Source: Alphaproteobacteria bacterium | GTDB taxonomy: Bacteria > Pseudomonadota > Alphaproteobacteria > UBA8366 | Length of the DNA: 42,385 nt | NCBI GenBank assembly: GCA_030743445.1 | Contig: JASLSL010000203.1 | Span: forward strand, 1 to 42,385 | Direction of reading: 5' to 3' | Shown here: positions 1 through 10,200 of the stretch, one piece after another | Layout: every line of letters starts with the position of its first letter | Position numbering within the stretch: position 1 is the first letter of the stretch | Notes under the pieces: generated by a model | What the model saw: the letters and a program-made list of their open reading frames with translations, nothing else | Told to the model about the DNA's origin: nothing | The model's database searches: none | Translations under genes and position numbers: made by a program

Positions 1-312
1 ACCTCCTACACCCTCGCCAAGGCCGGGCTCTGGACCCTGACCCGGACCCTGGCGCTGTCGCTGGCGCCGCGCATCCGGGTCGCCGCGATCGGCCCGGGCC
101 CGACACTGAAGAGCGCACGCCAGACCGAGGAACAGTTCGAGCGCCAGCAGGAGTCGGTGCCGCTCGGCCACGGTCCCTCGCTCGAGGAGATCTGCGCCGC
201 GGTCCGGTTCATCATCGCCGCCCCCTCCTTCACCGGCCAGATGATCGCGCTGGACGGCGGCGAGCATCTCGGCTGGCGGCGTCCGGCGGGTGCGGAACCA
301 GTCGTCGAGTAA
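1..312 (+). CDS. short-chain dehydrogenase/reductase (SDR) family oxidoreductase, 5'-truncated at window edge
   Basis: Frame +1 is open from nt 1 to TAA at 310-312. Translation TSYTLAKAGLWTLTRTLALSLAPRIRVAAIGPGP...TGQMIALDGGEHL shows the SDR catalytic Y-x-x-x-K (SYTLAK) and the typical C-terminal DGG segment. Absent from the ORF track because no start codon lies in the window. Confidence 0.7.
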   Translation, partial: TSYTLAKAGLWTLTRTLALSLAPRIRVAAIGPGPTLKSARQTEEQFERQQESVPLGHGPSLEEICAAVRFIIAAPSFTGQMIALDGGEHLGWRRPAGAEPVVE

Positions 313-595
313 GTCCTCGACCTCGCCTCGAGCCGGAAAATCGGGAGCCAACTATCTCTCACAAAAGGATTCTTTCTGCCGGACCCGCGCCGGAGTTGTG
401 CACAGCGATAATTTGGCGACTCGGGGGCATCCTCTAGATTGGAATCCCTCTAAACTTAACCATTTAGTAACTCTTGACTAAACAAAAAATTTTGTAAATC
501 AATGAGTTAACGAAATTGCCTAATTTTTGTGCATTTAGGTCCAGGTCCAAGGTTTCCGGCACATGATGCCCGAGGGACAGGGATATCTACAGAGT

Positions 596-616
596 TATCC
601 ACATGATTCGTGGATA
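596..616. promoter_or_regulatory. palindromic operator-like site TATCCAC-N7-GTGGATA containing a perfect DnaA-box consensus (TTATCCACA, 595-603) and a central GANTC
   Basis: Read directly: ...gagTTATCCACAtgattcGTGGATAgttc... The 7-bp arms are perfect reverse complements. The spacer contains GATTC (605-609). The site lies about 100-200 nt upstream of the uvrC start candidates, inside an AT-rich intergenic region. Confidence 0.3.
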
Positions 617-722
617 GTTCACGATATCGTCACCACCGCGTGCAATCGCGAATCGGTATTCAACCGACGCAACTCGGCCGGCGTGCATTGACCTCGCCGC
701 CGGACGCGCCAAGATAGCCTTC

Positions 723-2645
<1,923 letters not shown>

Positions 2646-2711
2646 TATCCTTGCCCCGCCGGCCGCACCGAGGGGGTCGGGCGCGCGGCGGGGTGGAAAA
2701 CCACTGAACCG

Positions 2712-3335
2712 ATGCTGACCAGCCTTCCCAATCTGCTGACCCTATCGCGGATCCTCGTGATTCCACCGATCGTCGCGCTCTTTTGGATCGACGGCGAGGG
2801 TGCGCGCTGGGCCGCCCTGTTGCTTTACGCCGCGGCCTGCGTCACCGATTTCTTCGATGGCTATGCGGCGCGCACGATGGGCCAGATATCGCGTCTCGGC
2901 CGATTCCTCGACCCGGTGGCGGACAAAATCCTCGTTTCCTCGGTCATTTTGCTGCTCTGCGCCTTCGACCGCGTGACCGGGCTGCTGATCCTGCCGGCGC
3001 TGGTGATCCTGGTGCGCGAGATCCTGGTCTCGGGCCTGCGCGAGTTCCTGGCCGAGGTCAAGGTCGGCATGCCGGTCAGCAGCCTCGCCAAGTGGAAGAC
3101 CACGATTCAGATGTTCGCGCTCGGATTCTTGATCATCGGCGACGCCTCGCCGGGCTGGATACCCTCGGAGGCGATCGGCGCGATCGGTCTCTGGGCCGCC
3201 GCCCTGTTGACCCTGGTCACCGGCTACGACTATCTGCACGCCGGCCTCCAGCATCTGACCGCGGACAGCCCGGCGCAAGGCAAGGACGCGACTCCGGCCC
3301 GCGTCGCCGCCGAGCCGGCCAAACCGGCGGAATAA
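2712..3335 (+). CDS. pgsA: CDP-diacylglycerol--glycerol-3-phosphate 3-phosphatidyltransferase
   Basis: 207 aa. CDP-alcohol phosphatidyltransferase motif D-x2-DG-x2-AR...G-x3-D-x3-D (DFFDGYAARTMGQISRLGRFLDPVADK), multiple TM helices, and the conserved uvrC-pgsA synteny. Confidence 0.9.
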   Translation: MLTSLPNLLTLSRILVIPPIVALFWIDGEGARWAALLLYAAACVTDFFDGYAARTMGQISRLGRFLDPVADKILVSSVILLLCAFDRVTGLLILPALVILVREILVSGLREFLAEVKVGMPVSSLAKWKTTIQMFALGFLIIGDASPGWIPSEAIGAIGLWAAALLTLVTGYDYLHAGLQHLTADSPAQGKDATPARVAAEPAKPAE

Positions 3336-3357
3336 CCGGCAAGCCGGGTGACGCCAT

Positions 3358-3879
3358 ATGCAGATTTTCGGCCTCGCGGGGTGGAGCGGCAGCGGCAAAA
3401 CGACGCTGATGGTGCGCCTGGTGCCCGAATTCGTCGCCCGCGGGCTCACGGTGTCGACCGTGAAGCACGCGCATCACGATTTCGACATCGACCAGCCGGG
3501 CAAGGATTCCTACGAGCACCGCAAGGCGGGCGCCACCGAGGTGATGGTCACGGCGACCAACCGCTGGGCGCTGATGCACGAGAACCGCGGCACGCCGGAG
3601 CCCAGCGTCGAGGAATTGATCGGCCGGATGGTGCCCGTCGACCTGTTGCTCATCGAGGGGTTCAAGGACCACGAGCACGACAAGCTGGAGGTCCACCGGC
3701 CGGCGCTCGACAAGCCGCTCCTGGCGCGCGAGGACGGCCGCGTCGTCGCGGTGGCGAGCGACGCACCGATTGCGGACCTCGATTTGCCGGTCCTCGACCT
3801 TGACGACGTCGGCGCGATCGCCGATTTCATCGTGGAGCACTGCGGTTTGAGCGAGCAGAGGCGTCATGGCGCAGCTTAG
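3358..3879 (+). CDS. mobB: molybdopterin-guanine dinucleotide biosynthesis protein B
   Basis: 173 aa. P-loop GLAGWSGSGKTTLM followed by TVKHAHHDFDID and IEGFK blocks typical of MobB. Overlaps moeA by 14 nt. Confidence 0.85.
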   Translation: MQIFGLAGWSGSGKTTLMVRLVPEFVARGLTVSTVKHAHHDFDIDQPGKDSYEHRKAGATEVMVTATNRWALMHENRGTPEPSVEELIGRMVPVDLLLIEGFKDHEHDKLEVHRPALDKPLLAREDGRVVAVASDAPIADLDLPVLDLDDVGAIADFIVEHCGLSEQRRHGAA

Positions 3880-5134
3880 CGACGACTGTTTCGACGAAGG
3901 CGGGCGGCTGATCACCACCGCCGAGGCGCTCGGCATCCTGGCCGACCGGATCACCCCGGTCGCCGAGACCGAGTCCGCCGGGTTGCGCGACGCCGTCGGA
4001 CGCATTCTCGCCGAGGACATCACCGCCCCCTTCCATGTCCCGCCCTACGACAACTCGGCGGTCGATGGCTACGCGGTCTATTTCGACGATCTCCATGGCG
4101 AGATGGTGACCGAGCTGCCGGTCGGCGGACGCGCCGCGGCCGGCCATCCGCTCGGCCGCAAGGTCGAGCGCGGCGAAGCGATTCGCATCTTCACCGGTGC
4201 GCCGATGCCCGATGGTCCCGACACGGTGATGATGCAGGAGGACTGCCGCGAGGCCGGCGGCATCGTCGCGATCCCGCCCGGCATCCAGCGCGGCGCAAAC
4301 CGGCGCTCGGCCGGCGAGGACGTGACGCAAGGCAGCACCGTGCTGCACAAGGGCATGCGGCTGCGCCCCCAGGACATAGGCTTGGCGGCGTCGGTCGGAC
4401 GTACCGAGCTCGACCTCTACACGCCGCTCAATGTCACGTTGTTCTCGACCGGCGACGAGATACGCGAACCGGGGACCGAGCTGCCGGAAGGCTGCATTTT
4501 CGACTCCAACCGGTTTTCGACCATAGCGGCGCTCGGCCAGCTCGGCTGCCGTGTCACCGATCTCGGTATTCTGCCGGACGACCAGGAGGCGATCGGCAAG
4601 GCGCTCGATGCGGGCGCGGCCGAACACGATCTGGTCGTCACCTCCGGCGGCATGTCGGTCGGCGAGGAGGATCACGTGCGCGACGCGGTCGAGGCGCGCG
4701 GCTCGATCCACTTCTGGCGCCTCGCGATCAAGCCGGGACGGCCGGTGGCATTGGGCCAGATCGGCGTCGACGGCCGCACCGTTCCCTTCGTCGGCCTGCC
4801 CGGCAATCCAGTGGCGGCGATCGTGACCTTCCTGCTGGTCGCCCGGCCGCTGATCCTGCGGCTCGGCGGTGCGAGTCGGCTCGTCCCCCTGGTCTACCGG
4901 GTGCGCGCCGACTTCGCCCACAAGAAGAAGAAGGACCGCCGCGAGTTCATCCGCGCGCGGCTGACCACAGGGGCGGACGGCATCCCCCTGGCGCAGAAGT
5001 ACGGCGGCAGCGGCGCCGGCGTCCTGTCGTCGCTGGTTGGCGCCGACGGCCTGGTCGAGCTGCCGGAGGACATGACCAAGCTCGAATCGGGCGCTATGGT
5101 GGATTTCCTGCCGTTCAGCGAGGTCCTGGCATGA
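3866..5134 (+). CDS. moeA: molybdopterin molybdenumtransferase MoeA
   Basis: 422 aa. MoeA blocks (SAVDGYAV, FSTGDEIREPG, VVTSGGMSVGEEDHV, GLPGNPVAA). ATGA overlap with the moaD start. Confidence 0.9.
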   Translation: MAQLSDDCFDEGGRLITTAEALGILADRITPVAETESAGLRDAVGRILAEDITAPFHVPPYDNSAVDGYAVYFDDLHGEMVTELPVGGRAAAGHPLGRKVERGEAIRIFTGAPMPDGPDTVMMQEDCREAGGIVAIPPGIQRGANRRSAGEDVTQGSTVLHKGMRLRPQDIGLAASVGRTELDLYTPLNVTLFSTGDEIREPGTELPEGCIFDSNRFSTIAALGQLGCRVTDLGILPDDQEAIGKALDAGAAEHDLVVTSGGMSVGEEDHVRDAVEARGSIHFWRLAIKPGRPVALGQIGVDGRTVPFVGLPGNPVAAIVTFLLVARPLILRLGGASRLVPLVYRVRADFAHKKKKDRREFIRARLTTGADGIPLAQKYGGSGAGVLSSLVGADGLVELPEDMTKLESGAMVDFLPFSEVLA

Positions 5135-5382
5135 AGATTCTCTATTTCGCCTGGCTCCGCCAGCAGACCGGAATCGACACAGAAGAGGTCGAGGCGCCGG
5201 GTGAGGTCACCGACGTCGCCGGGCTCCTGGACTGGCTCAAGACGCGCGGTCCGGGCCATGCGGCAGCGCTCGCCGACCTTTCGGCGGTCCGGGTCGCGGT
5301 CAACCAGGAATTCGCGGAGCTCGACGCGGAGGTGGCGCCCGGCGACGAGGTCGCGATTTTCCCGCCGATGACGGGAGGCTGA
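5131..5382 (+). CDS. moaD: molybdopterin synthase sulfur-carrier subunit MoaD
   Basis: 83 aa with a ThiS/MoaD-like fold signature and a C-terminal Gly-Gly (..FPPMTGG*). Lies immediately upstream of moaE. Confidence 0.85.
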   Translation: MKILYFAWLRQQTGIDTEEVEAPGEVTDVAGLLDWLKTRGPGHAAALADLSAVRVAVNQEFAELDAEVAPGDEVAIFPPMTGG

Positions 5383-5383
5383 G

Positions 5384-5866
5384 ATGGCGGTCCGGGTGCA
5401 GCGCGAGGACTTCGACCCGGGCAACGAGCTCGAACGGCTGAGCGCGGGCAATCACGACATCGGCGGCGTGGCGAGCTTCGTCGGCCTGGTGCGCGACGTG
5501 GCCGGCGGCGAGGAGGTCAGCGCCATGACCCTCGAGCACTACCCGGGCATGACCGAGAAGTTGCTGGCCGAGATCGAGGCCGAAGCGAACGAACGCTGGC
5601 CGCTCGAGGCGAGCCTGATCGTGCACCGCTACGGCCGGCTCGCGCCCGGCGACCGCATCGTCCTGGTGGCGACCGCGAGCGCCCACCGGCACGCGGCGCT
5701 CGAGTCCTGCCAGTTCCTGATCGACTGGCTGAAAACCAAGGCGCCGTTCTGGAAGCTTGAGGAATCGGGCTCGAGTGGTGAAAAATGGGTCGCGGCGCGG
5801 GCCACGGACGACCGGGCGGCGGCGCGCTGGAAGCAATCGAGCGACAAGGACGAAGCCGCGGAATAG
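5384..5866 (+). CDS. moaE: molybdopterin synthase catalytic subunit MoaE
   Basis: 160 aa. MoaE blocks (GGVASFVGLVRD, MTLEHYPGM, SAHRHAALESCQFLIDWLKTKAPFWK). Confidence 0.9.
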   Translation: MAVRVQREDFDPGNELERLSAGNHDIGGVASFVGLVRDVAGGEEVSAMTLEHYPGMTEKLLAEIEAEANERWPLEASLIVHRYGRLAPGDRIVLVATASAHRHAALESCQFLIDWLKTKAPFWKLEESGSSGEKWVAARATDDRAAARWKQSSDKDEAAE

Positions 5867-5868
5867 AT

Positions 5869-6054
5869 ATGGCCGAGATCGTCAACCTCCGGGAGTTCCG
5901 CAAGAAGAAGACGCGCAAGCGAAAGGCGCGCCAGGCGGCGCGCAACCGCGCCAAGTCCGGCCGCTCCAAGACCGAGAAGCTGGAGGCTGAAAGCGAAAAC
6001 CGCCGCGACGCCGAGGCCCACGACGGCAAGCGCCTGGACGAAGACGAAAAATAG
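5869..6054 (+). CDS. small basic DUF4169-like protein
   Basis: ATG at 5869 gives the 61-aa product MAEIVNLREFRKKKTRKRKARQAARNRAKSGRSKTEKLEAESENRRDAEAHDGKRLDEDEK. It resembles the alphaproteobacterial DUF4169 pattern (MxxIVNLRxxRK...NRxxxGRxKxEK) as I recall it. The track ORF from 5785 overlaps the moaE 3' end and looks like run-on. Confidence 0.55.
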   Translation: MAEIVNLREFRKKKTRKRKARQAARNRAKSGRSKTEKLEAESENRRDAEAHDGKRLDEDEK

Positions 6055-7226
6055 TGCCCCTTTCCGGCATCTTCAGTTACGCCCCGATCGACCGCGTCGT
6101 CTACGGCATGCCGTTCGCCGAGGCCGCCCGCATCGAGGCCGAGCGGTTGGCCGCATCCCGGGTTTTCGTCCTGGCGAGCGGCACCCTGGCACGCGAGACC
6201 AACCGCATGGCCGAGCTCGAGGCCGTGCTCGGCGGCCGCTACGCCGGCCTCTATGCCGAGTTTCGCCCCCACGTGCAGCGCGACGACGTGATCGCCGCGA
6301 CAGCGGCGGCACGCGACGCGAAGGCCGACCTGATCCTCACCCTTGGCGGTGGCACCCCGACCGACGGCGCCAAAATGGTGGCACTGTGCCTCGCCAACGA
6401 CGTCACCGAGATCGACCAGATCGACGGATTGCGCACCGTCAGCAACCCGGACGGCAGCAAGGTCCAGCCCGACCTGAAAACGCCCTTGGTGCGCTGCGTC
6501 TTTATCCCGACGACGCTGTCGGGCGGCGAGTTCAGCTCCGGCGCCGGCAGCACCGACCCCAGGGCCAAGGTCAAGCAGAGCTTCCGCCACCCGCTTTTGG
6601 CGCCGCACGCGGTGATCCTCGATCCCGAGATCACGTTGCCGACGCCGGAATGGCTGTGGCTCTCGACCGGCATCCGCGCGGTCGACCATGCGGTCGAGGA
6701 TATCTGCTCGATCGACGCCCAGCCCTATGTCGACGGCACCTCGACGCATGCGCTGAGGCTCCTGGGCCGCGGCCTGCCGCGCTGCAAGGAGGCCGGCGAC
6801 GACCTCGAGGCCCGGCTCGACTGTCAGATCGGAGCCTGGCTTTCGATGGCCGGCGTCGCGGCCGGGGTCAGCAAGGGGGCGAGCCACGCGATCGGCCACA
6901 TGCTGGGCGGTACGGCCGACGTGCCGCACGGCTACACCTCCTGTGTCATGCTGCCGAACGTGCTGCGCTGGAACCGCGAGATCAACGGCGACCAGCAGGC
7001 CTTAGTCAGCGAGGCGCTCGGCCGGCCGGGCGAGGACGCCGCCGACGTGGTCGCGGAACTGATCGCCGGCCTCGGTCTGCCGGGGCGCTTGCGCGACGTC
7101 GGCGTGACCAAGGATCAGTTCCAGGAGATCGCCGACGCCTCGATGCACGACCGCTGGATTCCGACCAACCCGCGCCCGATCGACGAGCCGGCGCAGGTAA
7201 TCGAAATCCTGGAGATGGCCTGGTAG
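6054..7226 (+). CDS. iron-containing alcohol dehydrogenase family protein (maleylacetate reductase-like)
   Basis: 390 aa with a GTG start overlapping the preceding TAG by 1 nt. Fe-ADH motifs are present: GGGTPTDGAKMVA and the His cluster SHAIGHMLGG...PHGYTSC. Confidence 0.75.
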   Translation: MPLSGIFSYAPIDRVVYGMPFAEAARIEAERLAASRVFVLASGTLARETNRMAELEAVLGGRYAGLYAEFRPHVQRDDVIAATAAARDAKADLILTLGGGTPTDGAKMVALCLANDVTEIDQIDGLRTVSNPDGSKVQPDLKTPLVRCVFIPTTLSGGEFSSGAGSTDPRAKVKQSFRHPLLAPHAVILDPEITLPTPEWLWLSTGIRAVDHAVEDICSIDAQPYVDGTSTHALRLLGRGLPRCKEAGDDLEARLDCQIGAWLSMAGVAAGVSKGASHAIGHMLGGTADVPHGYTSCVMLPNVLRWNREINGDQQALVSEALGRPGEDAADVVAELIAGLGLPGRLRDVGVTKDQFQEIADASMHDRWIPTNPRPIDEPAQVIEILEMAW

Positions 7227-7230
7227 CACC

Positions 7231-10200
7231 ATGAACCGCCGCGACAGGCGCCGCGCCGCCCGCAAGGCGGCAAAGCAGGGCAAGGCCCCCGCCGCCAAAC
7301 CGGCCACGCCGAAGGCGGACGCGATGCTCGCCGAGGCGGTGGCGCACCATTCAGCGGGCCGTCTCGCGGACGCGGTGGCGATCTACGACCAGCTGCTCGG
7401 CGTCGACCCGGACCAGCCGGATGCGCTGCACCTCAAGGGCGTCGCGGTATTCCAGGCGGGCGAGGCGGAGGACGGCCTCGGTCTGATCGCCCGCGCGATC
7501 GAGCTTCGGCCGGACGTCGCAGACTACCACGCCAATCTCGGCAACATGTTGTGGACCCAGGGCCGGGCAGCGGAGGCGGAGGGACCGCTGGAGCGCGCGG
7601 TCGAGCTCAATCCGGATCATGCGGAGGCGCACAACAATCTCGGCAACACGCTGGAGGCGCTGGGTCGGGACGACGCGGCGTTGGAGCGCTTTGCCCGCGC
7701 AGTCGAGCTCAAGTCCGACTACGGGGACGCCCACGGTAACTACGGTATCTCGCTGCATCGCGCCGGACGGCTGAACGAGGCCGAGGCGATGCTGCGGCGG
7801 GCGCTCGAGCTCGATCCCGCCTCGGCGCAAGCGCACAACAACCTCGGCAATGCGCTGCGCGACCTCGCCCGCTTCGAGGAGGCCGAATCCCTGTTGCGCC
7901 GCGCCGTCGAGCTGAAGCCCGACTATGCCAACGCGCACTATAATCTCGGCATCGCGCTGTTCGACCAGCGCCGCCTGGAGGACGCCGAGGCGGCGCTGCG
8001 GCGCGCCTTGGCGCTCGATCCCGACAGCGTCGGGGCGCACAACAATCTCGCCGTGGTGCTCTCGGAACTGGGCCGGTACGAGGAGGCGGAGGACTCCGTG
8101 CGACGCGCCATCGACCTCGACCCGGAGCACGGCGAGGCGCACAACAACCTCGGCGTCGTGCTGCGCGGCCTCGGCCATTTCGAGGCGGCGGAGGACGCCT
8201 ACCGCCGGGCGCTGGCGCTCGATCCCGGCAACGCCGACGCGCACAGCAATCTGATCTTCGTGCTCGACTTCGGCGCGGACTACGACTTGGCGGAAAAACA
8301 GGCCGAGCGCCGACACTGGGCCGAGCAGCACGAAGCCCCGCTGGCAACCGAGATCCAGCCCCATTCGAACGATCGGAATCCGGACCGGCGGTTGCGCATC
8401 GGATACGTCTCGGCCGACTTCCGCCACCATTCCGCCGCCGCCTCATTCGGGCCGGTCCTGTTCAACCACGATCCGGAAAACTTCGAGGTTTTCTGTTACT
8501 CGTGCTCGGTGCGGGAGGACCATATGACGGACCGAATTCGGGATGCGGCGGCCGAATGGCGCGCCTGTTGGAGCGTCCCCGACGCCGCCGTGGCCGAACA
8601 GATTCGCGCCGACCGCATCGACGTGCTGGTCGATCTCTCGGGCCATTCGGCCGGCAACCGGCTGCTGGTCTTCGCGCGCAAACCCGCACCGGTGCAGGTC
8701 ACCGCCTGGGGGCACGCCACCGGCACCGGCCTCGAGACCATGGATCATTTCATGGCCGACCCGGTCTTCGTACCGCCCGAGGAGGAGTCGCTCTACGCCG
8801 AGAAGATCCATCACCTGCCCTCCGGGCTCGCCTACATGCCGCCCGAGGAATGCCCGGCGGTCGGCCCGCTGCCCGCGGAAGCCAACGGGTTCATTACCTT
8901 CGGCAGCTTCAACCGGCTCGACAAGGTTTCCGACGAGACGTTGGGGCTGTGGTCGGAAATTCTCGCGGCGGTGCCGAACTCGCGCCTGATGATCAAGGCG
9001 CAGTCGCTCGACAACGAGGCGATCCGCGGGCAATTCGGCGAACGGCTATTCGAGGCAGGCTTCGAGGAGAGCCGCGTCGACCTGATGGGCGGCAGCTCGC
9101 AGGTCCAACACTTGGACGCCCACAACCGGGTCGATATCGCGCTCGATCCGTTTCCCCACGGTGGCGGCATCACCACGATGGAGTCGCTGTGGATGGGAAC
9201 GCCGGTGGTGACCCTGCGCGGGCCGACCATCGCCGGACGTACTACCGCCTCGGCGCTGATCGTGCACGGTCTCGACCGCTTCATCGCCGAGACGACCGAC
9301 TCCTACCGCCATATCGCGGCGGAAGCGGCGGGCGACATCGACGAGTTGGCGCGCCTCAAGGCGTCGCTGCGCCAGACGGTCGCCACTTCGCCCGCCGGCG
9401 ATGCGGCGCAATACACCGCTGCGGTGGAAGCCGCCTACCGCGAGATGTGGCGCGAGTGGTGCGCCGCGAGGCCGGCGCCCGCCGTGAAACCCACGAAGCG
9501 CCGCCCGAAGAAGAAAAAGCGCAAGCGCGCCAAAAAACCAGTCGACCAGGCGCTGTTCGACACCGCGCGCGCGCATCACCATGCGGGCCGTCTCGCCGAG
9601 GCCGAGTTGATCTACGGCAACATCCTGGCCGACGATCCCGACAATGCCGACGCGATGCAGCTCAAGGGCGTACTCGCGCTGCAAGGCGGCAAGGCCGACG
9701 AGGCTCTCGCGCTGATCGAGTGCGCGATCGAACTCGAGCCCGGCGCCGCGATCTTTCACGGCAACCTCGGGTTCGCGCTGATCCATCTCGGCCGCAATGA
9801 GGACGCCGAGGCGGCGTTGCGCCGGGCGATCGACCTCGATCCGAAATACGCGCGCGCCCACAGCAATCTCAGCACGCTGCTGTGCGACAGCGCCCGCTTC
9901 GAGGAAGCCGAAGCTTCGATCCGCCGCGCCATCGAGCTCGAACCGGATCAGGCCGAGGCCTACAACAACCTCGGCGTCATCCTGCGCAACCGGGGCGAGT
10001 TCGACGCAGCACTCGAGGCGTTTCGCCAGGCGATGACGATCAACCCGGCCAACGCGCGGGCGCACAGCAACCTGATCTTCGTGATGGATTTCATCCCGGA
10101 CCGTGATTTAGCCGAACTGCAGGATGAGCGCCGGGACTGGAACCGGCGTTACGCCGCACCGCTGGCGCCCACCACCGAATTCCACGACAACGACCCGGAC

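Noticed and set aside
595-616. Interpreting the DnaA-box palindrome and AT-rich tract as a chromosomal replication origin.
   Set aside because: There is only one perfect box and one degenerate box. There is no cluster of boxes, no DUE-like repeated 13-mers, and the gene context (SDR/uvrC) is not a known alphaproteobacterial oriC neighbourhood. A regulatory site is more plausible.
612-632. Possible alphaproteobacterial LexA (SOS) box upstream of uvrC: GTTCACGATATCGTC, compared with GTTC-N7-GTTC.
   Set aside because: The second half-site is CGTC, which has two mismatches in a 4-bp half-site. That is too weak to call, and uvrC is not a reliably LexA-controlled gene.
2653-2692. CCCCGCCG ... CGGCGGGG inverted repeat after uvrC, as a possible terminator.
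   Set aside because: The loop is 24 nt and no U-tract follows. pgsA starts only about 20 nt further on and is probably co-transcribed.
7330-8250. Regular 102-bp periodicity that might suggest a repeat array or CRISPR.
   Set aside because: The periodicity comes from in-frame 34-aa TPR repeats within a continuous ORF. There are no short identical direct repeats separated by unique spacers and no cas genes.
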